In this document: positions 38,444 to 46,100 of the stretch, one piece after another
Layout of the letters: each line of letters opens with the position of its first letter
How positions within the stretch are numbered: position 1 is the first letter of the stretch
Assembly: GCA_016189025.1 (NCBI GenBank)
Contig: JACPGS010000007.1
Span: 1,162 to 65,161 of the forward strand
DNA from: Candidatus Magasanikiibacteriota bacterium
Lineage (GTDB): Bacteria; Patescibacteriota; Patescibacteriia; Magasanikbacterales; GWA2-37-8
Direction of reading: 5' to 3'
DNA: 64,000 bases
Notes under the pieces: generated by a model
Told to the model about the DNA's origin: nothing
What the model saw: only the letters and a program-made list of their open reading frames with translations
Database searches by the model: none
Program-made: the position numbers and the translations under genes

Positions 38444-39769
38444 CTAACGGCTGACCGGATGGCGGTTGATAGCGGCGCCCGCCCCGCCCCCGACCGGCAA
38501 AGTAGTGGTGGGCAGAGTACTGGACATAGTGGTAACCGGCGCGACCGGCAAGGGCAGCGTAGTGGAAGCGCTGATCGCTTCTTTAACTACTGCTACTGCC
38601 GGCAATACCTCCTGAATCTTGCTGACCGCGGCGTCGCTGATACGCTCCGCCTGGGTGCCGGCGTCGGAAGCTTGCTTAAGCTTATCCACCGCTTGCGCTA
38701 AATCATCTTGCTTTAACCAGCTGGAGGCTTCGGTTACCTGTTTGGTCACTTCGGCCGTAGCAACCTCGTTCTGCAATACCGCTTTAATGGTTTGGTTGGC
38801 GACATCGGTGATTTTGTCTTTTAATTCGGTGGATTTAGTGGTGTCGCCTCCCGCAGTTTTAGTGCTACTTACCAGCTCTTTCGCCTCGCTTTGCGCGGTC
38901 TGCACCATGGTCTTTGCCCCGTCCACGCTCTGCTGGGTTGCCGCGGCGTCTTGCGCCACAGTCCGCAGGGTGGCAGTTAATTCCTGCTTGACCTCCTCTT
39001 TAGAAACACTCCGATCGCCGCCCAGGTGCTTGGCCACCATCGCTTCCGCCGCCTTTACTGCTACGTCCTTAACCAAATTCTTGGTGGTATTCACTTCCTG
39101 CGACAGAGCCTGATCAGCCGTATCGCGGCTAATCAATAAATTCTCTTTCACTTCTTGCAACACGGCCCTAATCTCTTCGGTATTCTGTTTAACATCTTTC
39201 ACGGCCTGGGCCGGCAGACCGTTAACCGGCCGCTGTTTGACCGCTTCCAGTTTATTTTCCACCGTGGTAATTTCACTGGTTAAATCGGCCATCGCTACCC
39301 GCACCTTGTCAGTTTTGGCGGGCGCCGTTTCCGAACGAACCAATTTTTTAGTTTCCACGGCGCGGCGTTTGGCAAATTCCATATGCAAACGGGTGGCCGC
39401 GTCTTTTTTTCCGATAATCGTCGCCACTGCCACCTGGGTTTTTTCCGCGGCGCGCTTCACCGGATAAAGGGCGTCGCCCGGCAGAGTTTCATAGGCCGCA
39501 TCCACCGCGCCGGCGCCGCTCGCCAGCACTGCCACCACTACTAACAGCACCAAAGCCGGGCGCAACACCTGGTACACCAAACTTTCCGGCAGATAATGGG
39601 ACAGGCGCGACCACAGATTTTCTAAAACATTAACCCGCTCCCGGGGCCTGGCCGGCAGCGTATTTTTAATCTGCGACAATAACAGGGCGCGGTTTTGCTG
39701 CACCCATTCCGCCCGGGGACTAGCTTCCCCCTGGCGCAGACGTTTAAGTTGTTCCACTATCTCGCGCAT
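38444..39769 (-). CDS. DUF5667-like membrane protein, putative anti-sigma factor
   Basis: LPGDALYPVKRAAEK motif after a single TM, coiled-coil tail; lies directly downstream of the ECF sigma gene. Confidence 0.7.
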   Translation of the reverse strand: MREIVEQLKRLRQGEASPRAEWVQQNRALLLSQIKNTLPARPRERVNVLENLWSRLSHYLPESLVYQVLRPALVLLVVVAVLASGAGAVDAAYETLPGDALYPVKRAAEKTQVAVATIIGKKDAATRLHMEFAKRRAVETKKLVRSETAPAKTDKVRVAMADLTSEITTVENKLEAVKQRPVNGLPAQAVKDVKQNTEEIRAVLQEVKENLLISRDTADQALSQEVNTTKNLVKDVAVKAAEAMVAKHLGGDRSVSKEEVKQELTATLRTVAQDAAATQQSVDGAKTMVQTAQSEAKELVSSTKTAGGDTTKSTELKDKITDVANQTIKAVLQNEVATAEVTKQVTEASSWLKQDDLAQAVDKLKQASDAGTQAERISDAAVSKIQEVLPAVAVVKEAISASTTLPLPVAPVTTMSSTLPTTTLPVGGGAGAAINRHPVSR

Positions 39770-39809
39770 AATTCCTTTTGCTTACTCTGATCATTACTAA
39801 ACTGAAATT

Positions 39810-39990
39810 GTTGCAGAAGAATCCAAACTATTTCACCTGATTCGCCTGGTCGCTGTCGCTATTGCTGGGACTGCCTGATTGGTCGCGGCAGACACTCTTT
39901 GGGTGCTCCCCCGATTTAATCGGGGTGCGCGCCCAAAGACACTCGTCTGCCGCTCCCTGATGCTAACTGGTTTCTTCAAATTATCTCAAA
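39810..39990 (-). mobile_element. MITE-like family A, copy 5
   Basis: Reverse-complement match to the core and flanks; TIRs decayed. Confidence 0.8.
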
Positions 39991-40542
39991 CTAACCTAAT
40001 TTCTGCCGCAACCGTTTCAGCGCCCGGTGAATCATTACTCGCACCGTCAGGCCGCGCTTGCCGGTGATCTCGGCAATTTCCTCAATGCTTAATTCATCAA
40101 TATAGCGCAAGGTTATTACTTCCTGATATTCCTGCTTCAGCTGTTTCAGAGCATTGACGATAACGCCGGCGTCCAACGAAGTATGAAGCTCGGCATACCA
40201 CCGTCCCCCATCGCCCGGTTCAATCGCTTCACGCCGCGCTGCTAATGCTTCAATCTTTTGGCTGCCGGCCCGCTTCCGGTACCAGTCAATAATAGAGTTT
40301 CGCGCAATGCGATAGAGCAGGCCGCTGAAACTTTTGATGGCCTTGCCTTCCTGGAAGTACTGCCAGGCTTTCAAAAATACCTCCGAAGCAATATCTTCGG
40401 CCTCTTCGCGACTGCTCACCTTAAAAAAAACAAAGCGATAAATTTGCTGGATGTATTTATCGTAAAGAGCGGCGTAGGCTTCCGGATCCGCGGCGGTTTT
40501 TACCTGATACAATAGTTCCTGGTCTGAAGGCGTTTTAGACAT
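39991..40542 (-). CDS. ECF-type RNA polymerase sigma factor
   Basis: AEDIASEVFLKAW, LLYRIARNSIID, LSIEEIAEI, HRALKRLR. Confidence 0.92.
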   Translation of the reverse strand: MSKTPSDQELLYQVKTAADPEAYAALYDKYIQQIYRFVFFKVSSREEAEDIASEVFLKAWQYFQEGKAIKSFSGLLYRIARNSIIDWYRKRAGSQKIEALAARREAIEPGDGGRWYAELHTSLDAGVIVNALKQLKQEYQEVITLRYIDELSIEEIAEITGKRGLTVRVMIHRALKRLRQKLG

Positions 40543-40549
40543 TATAGAA

Positions 40550-40575
40550 GACGGTTAAAAACAGAAAATGTTACA
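40550..40575 (-). promoter_or_regulatory. Putative ECF autoregulatory promoter
   Basis: TGTAAC-N16-CGTC, 7 nt upstream of the sigma ATG. Confidence 0.55.
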
Positions 40576-40671
40576 CCCCCTGGTTGCAAAGGATAGCCAC
40601 TATCATAGCAAAATCAGCTGAAAATAGCAACCTTTAAACTACCGACTAGGCTGATTAGCAGGCTTAATAAT

Positions 40672-40787
40672 AGGCCAAAATATCAATTTTCTTAAGCGGT
40701 CATCGCGGTCGCCTAAGGCGACCGACCGACCCCGACTAAGTCGGGGGAGGGGGTTTGACCGCGAAAAAATTGATATGTTTTAGCCTT
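40672..40787. mobile_element. MITE-like palindromic element, family C
   Basis: IRs ATATCAATTTT..GCGGTCA / TGACCGC..AAAATTGATAT; internal GGTCGCC-TAA-GGCGACC and CCCCGACTAAGTCGGGG; partial relative at ~56520-56571. Confidence 0.55.
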
Positions 40788-40825
40788 ATATATAGAGAGC
40801 GTTTTAATTAGCACTATTGATTCAC

Positions 40826-41006
40826 TAAAATTTGTATAGACTAGTCTATACAAATTTTATCATTTTTGCCTAAAATTAGCAAAAACTCCTTAAACATTAC
40901 TTTTATATATTTGTATACAACAGTGTATACAAATTATTGATTAAAAATAACCCCTTGACAGCTTAGCCAATTTTTGCTAAAATTTGTATACACTAATGTA
41001 TACAAA
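40826..41006. promoter_or_regulatory. Three palindromic operators TTTGTATA(C/G)A-N4-T(G/C)TATACAAA plus a sigma70 promoter
   Basis: Sites at 40831-40854, 40910-40933 and 40983-41006; TTGACA (40955)-17 bp-TAAAAT (40978). Confidence 0.8.
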
Positions 41007-41009
41007 CTT

Positions 41010-41345
41010 ATGGCAATGACGAAAAATACTGAAGAAAAAAAGGAGATTATCCGTGTTTCTATCTCGGAAGCAGCCCGGCTGTTCGGCGTTAACAGCCAAA
41101 CTATCCGGCGCGCCATTAAAAATCAGGAAATTACTTATGTAGTAGTGTCCGGACGGTATAAACTTAATTTTGAAAGCCTGGTGCGCTGGTCGCAAATCCA
41201 TACTACCGTAAAGAACAAACTGGCGCATCGCGGCATTGGCCAGTTTGTGGATAAGTGGAAAATTAAAAATCCGCTGTATTCCCCCAATCCTAAATCAATT
41301 ACTCCAAAGTCTCCCGCCCCGCCAATTACTTCAGGGAACCTTTAA
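41010..41345 (+). CDS. Helix-turn-helix DNA-binding protein (excisionase/MerR-like HTH)
   Basis: VSISEAARLFGVNSQTIRRAIK. Confidence 0.85.
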   Translation: MAMTKNTEEKKEIIRVSISEAARLFGVNSQTIRRAIKNQEITYVVVSGRYKLNFESLVRWSQIHTTVKNKLAHRGIGQFVDKWKIKNPLYSPNPKSITPKSPAPPITSGNL

Positions 41346-41399
41346 TCCTCCTCTCACCGGGAGGATTTTAGTTTGACCGCAATACTTAGCCTGCTATAA

Positions 41400-41591
41400 T
41401 GAAACTGCAGAAGAATATCAACTATTTCGTTATCTACCTGGTCGCTATCGCTATTGCTGGTAACTGCCTGGTTGGTCGCGGCAGACACTCTTTGGGTGCT
41501 CCTCCCGACTAAAGTCGGGACTGCGCGCCCAAAGATACTCGTCTGCCGCTCCCTAATGCTAACTGGTATTTTTAATTCTTCTACAGCCTCA
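41400..41591 (-). mobile_element. MITE-like family A, copy 6
   Basis: TGAAACTGCAGAAGAAT / ATTCTTCTACAGCCTCA; ATAAT repeated at both ends. Confidence 0.88.
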
Positions 41592-41604
41592 TAATACAAA
41601 AAGT

Positions 41605-43326
41605 ATGCGGGTAGGACTATTTTTACAGCAACATTACCGCCAGCGTTACCGCCCGGTCTTCCGCCATGCCCGGCAATTATTTATTTTTGACCTGGTTTTG
41701 CTGGCGGCGGCTCTTGCTTTAGGCGGGGCAACCCTATATTTTTTAATCTGGAAGCCAAACCCGGCTGATAAAATTCAACTTACCCTGGAATTAGCCGGCG
41801 GACGTATTCGGAGCGGCGATTTAATAAATTTCACGGTTAATTACCAAAATCAAAACCAGACTACTATTCGCGACGCTCGCCTCCGGCTGATGATGCCTGC
41901 CTCGTTCATTGCCGCCGCTACTGCTGACCAGGAAATTAATCTGGGAGATTTAGCGCCCCAGGCAAAGGCAAGCCTGGATTTCTCGGGCCGTCTGTGGGCT
42001 ACCCCCGGACTAACCGAACGCCTGACCGCCATCATCTCCTTTTCCCCTGATAAAAATACGGCGGAGAGAGTACAAAAAACCTCTTCCGTTGAGGTAAAGC
42101 TCCCGGCCAGCGCTTTAACCGCCACCCTGGATATTGCCAGCGCCACTTTCGGCGGGGTAGCGCTTCCCTTCACGGTCACTCTTACCAATAATACTGATGC
42201 TGTTTCGCCGCCGCTCCAATTATTAGTAACGCCGCGCCAGGAAACGCTAATTGCCGCCACCACCTTTGCTCCCTTGCCTCCCGGCCAGCCAAAGACTATC
42301 ACCGGCGCTTACTCTCCCGCCCGCGGCCCGGCCGCTAATATCCCTCTCACTCTTACCACCCAAGTAATAACCAAGGGAACAGCCGTCACCCAAAATATTC
42401 TCTCTCCCTCCCTTAAGCGTTTAGCCCCGGCGGTCTCCTTGACTATCCAGGTAAAAGAACGGCCGCCCCGGGCTGAAGCGGCCGGAGAACTGCCGCTGGA
42501 GGTTAGCTGGAAAAACTTAAGCCCTTATCGCTTACTAAAGAGCCGGCTGCTGCTGGCATTTTCGCCGCCCCTGGTAGATCTTAAAACCACGGCAATCAAT
42601 AACCGTCTGCCCACCGAAAACAACAAGCTCCTCTTCACTGCGGAAGAGAGGACTGTTTTGCAGCAGGTAAAACCAGGGGGAAGCGATCAATTTACTATTC
42701 CGCTTCAACTATTATCTACTTTCTCGGCCTTAAATCTTACTACTGCTACCTTTACTATTACGCCTGTTCTGCAGGCGACCTTGGCCGAGGTGCCCCAGGA
42801 AACTTTTGTCGCGACCGGCACTCCTTTAGCTATCCCGATTCTGACCGAACTGAAATTGTCCCCGGAGGTGCGCTATTATACGGATGAGGGCGACCAGCTG
42901 GGGCGCGGCCCCCTGCCGCCTCGGGTCGGCAAAACTACCAAGTACTGGATAATGGCGCGCCTGGCGAACACCGTTAGCCCGGTGTCAGAAGTAAAATTCC
43001 AGGCTGCGCTTGCTCCCAGCGTCACTTTTACCGGCCGCCAAAGCGTTACTTTGGGCGCCCCGTTTACTTACGATACAGCAACGCGGGTCGTTTCCTGGCA
43101 GCATCCAGAGCTTCCCCCGCAAAGCATAACCGGACTTTATTTTGAAGTAGCGCTTACTCCTACGCCGGAAATGGCAGGGAAAGCGCCAACCTTGGTAGAA
43201 ACTATCCGAATTAGGGGAAGCGACGCGGTGGTAAAACAAGAACTGCAGCAGGAGTTTCCTGCTCTGACTAATGAGCTTCCTCCCGCTGATCGCGGCAGAC
43301 GCGCCTCTCCGCTCGTCAACCTATAG
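41605..43326 (+). CDS. Membrane-anchored exported protein with Ig-like (DUF11-like) domains
   Basis: N-terminal TM, beta-rich domains, GPLPPRVGKTTKYWI. Confidence 0.7.
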   Translation: MRVGLFLQQHYRQRYRPVFRHARQLFIFDLVLLAAALALGGATLYFLIWKPNPADKIQLTLELAGGRIRSGDLINFTVNYQNQNQTTIRDARLRLMMPASFIAAATADQEINLGDLAPQAKASLDFSGRLWATPGLTERLTAIISFSPDKNTAERVQKTSSVEVKLPASALTATLDIASATFGGVALPFTVTLTNNTDAVSPPLQLLVTPRQETLIAATTFAPLPPGQPKTITGAYSPARGPAANIPLTLTTQVITKGTAVTQNILSPSLKRLAPAVSLTIQVKERPPRAEAAGELPLEVSWKNLSPYRLLKSRLLLAFSPPLVDLKTTAINNRLPTENNKLLFTAEERTVLQQVKPGGSDQFTIPLQLLSTFSALNLTTATFTITPVLQATLAEVPQETFVATGTPLAIPILTELKLSPEVRYYTDEGDQLGRGPLPPRVGKTTKYWIMARLANTVSPVSEVKFQAALAPSVTFTGRQSVTLGAPFTYDTATRVVSWQHPELPPQSITGLYFEVALTPTPEMAGKAPTLVETIRIRGSDAVVKQELQQEFPALTNELPPADRGRRASPLVNL

Positions 43327-43353
43327 TCCTCCACTGGATACGTTAGAAAACAG

Positions 43354-43380
43354 AAAACCGCCTCTTGACGGCAGAGACGG
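43354..43380 (-). terminator. Intrinsic terminator after the tRNA-like RNA
   Basis: Minus strand CCGTCTCT-GCCGTCA-AGAGGCGG-TTTT. Confidence 0.65.
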
Positions 43381-43386
43381 CCTCGG

Positions 43387-43459
43387 TGGACCTGACGGGA
43401 TTTGCACCCGTTTACCCGGGATATCAATCCGGGGTGTTAACTACATACACCACAGGCCC
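43387..43459 (-). ncRNA. Non-canonical tRNA-like RNA (G3.U70, A73; GAT at the anticodon position)
   Basis: GGGCCTG/CAGGTCC acceptor stem, GTGT/ACAC D stem, CCGG/CCGG anticodon stem, ACGGG-TGCAAAT-CCCGT T arm; 73 nt; lacks the D-loop GG and the TTC of the T loop. Confidence 0.75.
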
Positions 43460-43476
43460 GCACAGGTCCAACGATA

Positions 43477-43505
43477 ATTGTACAACCAAAAAGTGCCCCT
43501 GACAA
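43477..43505 (-). promoter_or_regulatory. Sigma70 promoter for the tRNA-like RNA, embedded in the upstream terminator
   Basis: TTGTCA (43505-43500)-17 bp-TACAAT (43482-43477). Confidence 0.65.
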
Positions 43506-43571
43506 GGGCACTTTTTGTGATATCCCGGTTTATTGATGCCACCCGTAAGGTACGGATAACACCCCGAATTG
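43488..43571 (-). ncRNA. ~85-nt sRNA complementary to the tRNA-like RNA
   Basis: Own promoter and terminator (AAAAAGTGCCC..GGGCACTTTTT, 43488-43516); 15-nt and 11-nt segments are complementary to 43416-43439. Confidence 0.65.
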
Positions 43572-43576
43572 CTTCA

Positions 43577-43619
43577 ATTATACTATATTCAGGAATTTAG
43601 TCAACACTTGTTATCCACA
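43577..43619 (-). promoter_or_regulatory. Sigma70 promoter with adjacent DnaA-box-like site
   Basis: TTGACT (43604-43599)-16 bp-TATAAT (43582-43577); TTATCCACA at 43611-43619. Confidence 0.7.
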
Positions 43620-43650
43620 GCTGCTCCAGAACATCGCTTAGACTCTAAAA

Positions 43651-44796
43651 CTACACCCTACGCTTCAGCTCATCTGCTTTATCAATTTTCTCCCAGGGGA
43701 ATTCGGCGCGGCCGAAGTGGCCGTACACGGCTGTGGCGCGGTAAAGGGGGCGCAATAAATCAAGAGATTCAATGATTTTGCCCGGCCGGAAATCAAACAC
43801 TTCGCCGACTACCGCCGTTAGCTTAGCGTCGGGAACTTTGCCGGTGCCGAAAGTATTAACGTGCAGGCTGGTGGGTTCGGCCCGGCCGATGACATAGGCC
43901 ACCTGCAGTTCGCAGCGCTCGGCGAGGCCGGCGGCGACGATATTTTTAGCCACATAACGGGCCATATAGGCGCCGGAGCGGTCTACTTTGGAAGGGTCTT
44001 TGCCGGAAAAGCAGCCCCCGCCATGGCGGCCCATGCCGCCGTAAGTATCAACGATAATTTTGCGCCCCGTTAGTCCAGTGTCGCCCTGGGGGCCGCCGAC
44101 TACAAAGCGGCCGGTCATGTTGATAAAAAATTGGGTTTCGTTATCCAGGTACCCGGCGCAAACCGGCTTGATCACTTGTTCGGTAATCTCGCGACGCAGC
44201 TGTTCCAGCTCCACTGTTTCGTGGTGCTGGGCCGCAATAATCACGTTGCGCACTCGTTTGGGCTTGCCGTCAACATACTCCACCGCTACCTGGGTTTTGC
44301 CGTCGGGACGCAAATAGGGCAGAGTGTCATTTTTTCGCACTACTGCCAGTTGTTCGGCTAAACGATGCGCCAGGGTAATCGGGAGCGGCATTAACTCCGG
44401 CGTCTCGGCGGTGGCATAGCCAAACATCAGCCCCTGGTCGCCGGCGCCCTGGCTCATTACCGTGGGACGATTCACTCCCTGGGCAATGTCCGGCGATTGT
44501 TCGTGGATAGAAACTAAAATGCCGGCGTGATCCGCGTCAATTCCGTAATCCGGATTGGTATAGCCAATATCAAACAGCACTCCCCGCGCCAGCTTCTGCA
44601 CGTCCACGTACCCCTTGGTGGTTACTTCGCCGCCGACGATTACCAGGCCGGTGGTGGTAAAACATTCCACGGCCACATGCGACTGGGGATCCTGCTCCAA
44701 AAGATTATCCAGCACCGCATCGGAAATCTGGTCGCAGATTTTATCCGGGTGCCCTTCGGTAACTGATTCGGAGGTAAAAAGATAATTATCAGACAT
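43651..44796 (-). CDS. metK: S-adenosylmethionine synthetase
   Basis: [42 protein letters not shown]. Confidence 0.98.
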   Translation of the reverse strand: MSDNYLFTSESVTEGHPDKICDQISDAVLDNLLEQDPQSHVAVECFTTTGLVIVGGEVTTKGYVDVQKLARGVLFDIGYTNPDYGIDADHAGILVSIHEQSPDIAQGVNRPTVMSQGAGDQGLMFGYATAETPELMPLPITLAHRLAEQLAVVRKNDTLPYLRPDGKTQVAVEYVDGKPKRVRNVIIAAQHHETVELEQLRREITEQVIKPVCAGYLDNETQFFINMTGRFVVGGPQGDTGLTGRKIIVDTYGGMGRHGGGCFSGKDPSKVDRSGAYMARYVAKNIVAAGLAERCELQVAYVIGRAEPTSLHVNTFGTGKVPDAKLTAVVGEVFDFRPGKIIESLDLLRPLYRATAVYGHFGRAEFPWEKIDKADELKRRV

Positions 44797-44869
44797 AAAA
44801 CAGATTCAAAATTCAGATTAGAAATAGTTTAGCAAACTGCTGGTAGATTTACAAGAGGGAATGGACTCC

Positions 44870-46072
44870 TTAGCGCCGAACCAGCGCCAGCAGCCGCCAC
44901 AGGGTAAAACCGCCGAAAATAAGGACTATCGGCACAATGGCGAGCGCTGGGCGACGCAGGGCAAAGGCTCCCGGGGAAACATCGCCGGCGCGGCGGGCGC
45001 GTTGATACACCAAAACCAGAGCCAAGGCTTCCAGGCCGACAAAAATGCCGCCTACTACCTCCAAAATCCCGATAAAGCTCCGGGCGCCTAAAGCATAAGC
45101 CAAGAGCGGCACCCCGCCGACTACCAAAAGCGCCCCGAGCCGGGGCAAACGCCAATCCCAGCGCAGGGAATCAATTACCGCGGTGCCAAGGGCCAAGGCC
45201 GCTCCGGCCATTGAAAGCGCCGGCAGCAAATTAAGCAGGCGGGCGAGTAAAGGCGACAGAACCCCACCCAGCCCGACCGTAGCTACCTCGGGGGTGGCGC
45301 CCCCTAAAACGCGGGCAGTGCTGACGGCAAATAATAAATATAAAACCAGCGGCAACAGGGTACCAAGCACCACGGCCTGGCGCAACCGACCGGGCTCCCC
45401 TGGAATTATCGCTTCAGCTTCGGCAATCGCCGGCGCCGCCCGCAGAGAAAAAACCGCCACGCCGTATAAAAGCAGCAGCGCCGAAAACGGCGCCGGGGAC
45501 GCGGGCAAAGACGGCGCCGCCGGACGGGTAAACAGTAACAGTGATAACCCCAATAACAGCGCCATCACCAGGCTGCTTAAAAATTTTTCCAGTCCCGCTA
45601 CTCGCCGCAGACCGCCGGAAAGACAAAGAACCACCAAAAACCAAAATCCCAGACTCCAAACGTGCGCCTTCCCACCCCAAATTGCCTGCAACACCTCACC
45701 TTCACCCACCAGATAAGCAAGCAATGCCCCCAGCGAGGTAACCAAGAAAGTTAACGAGAGTAGCCGTTTGGCCGCTACGCCGACATACTTGCCGCCTAAG
45801 CCCGGTAGCTGCAATGGTTCCCGGGTGCGCGCCACCACTTCGCCGAGCAACAGATGCAGGCCGAGTACGGCGATTCCCAGAATAATTAACGCCAAAGCGG
45901 CGCGGACCATTCCGAACCGCGCAAAGGCATAGGGAAGGCCGTAAACCCCGGCGCCAATGGCCGTGCCGGTTAACAAAAACACAGCGCGGGATAAGCTGCC
46001 GCGCGGCGCGGGATTACCAGATACAGCAGGGCGGCCGCCCAAGGCGGCCGCCCGAGTAATCGCAGCTGACAT
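44870..46072 (-). CDS. Aromatic/hydroxy amino acid permease-like (TyrP/Mtr family)
   Basis: GTAIGAGVYGLPY and about 11 TM segments. Confidence 0.8.
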   Translation of the reverse strand: MSAAITRAAALGGRPAVSGNPAPRGSLSRAVFLLTGTAIGAGVYGLPYAFARFGMVRAALALIILGIAVLGLHLLLGEVVARTREPLQLPGLGGKYVGVAAKRLLSLTFLVTSLGALLAYLVGEGEVLQAIWGGKAHVWSLGFWFLVVLCLSGGLRRVAGLEKFLSSLVMALLLGLSLLLFTRPAAPSLPASPAPFSALLLLYGVAVFSLRAAPAIAEAEAIIPGEPGRLRQAVVLGTLLPLVLYLLFAVSTARVLGGATPEVATVGLGGVLSPLLARLLNLLPALSMAGAALALGTAVIDSLRWDWRLPRLGALLVVGGVPLLAYALGARSFIGILEVVGGIFVGLEALALVLVYQRARRAGDVSPGAFALRRPALAIVPIVLIFGGFTLWRLLALVRR

Positions 46073-46100
46073 GAACAGAGTGGAAAATTGATGCCGCCGG

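Noticed and set aside
40600-41010. Replication origin in the AT-rich gap
   Set aside because: No cluster of DnaA boxes and no dnaA/dnaN nearby; the palindromes are better explained as operators.
41010-41345. Prophage or integrative element marked by an excisionase-like gene
   Set aside because: No integrase, phage structural genes or att-like duplications of the tRNA are visible in the window.
43387-43459. Ordinary tRNA-Ile(GAT), or a standard tmRNA
   Set aside because: It lacks the D-loop GG and the TTC T-loop, has a mismatched anticodon stem and carries Ala identity. Both acceptor strands lie within 73 nt, leaving no room for a tmRNA coding region.
44796-44870. SAM riboswitch upstream of metK
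   Set aside because: The gap is only ~70 bp, AT-rich, and shows no recognisable SAM riboswitch stems.
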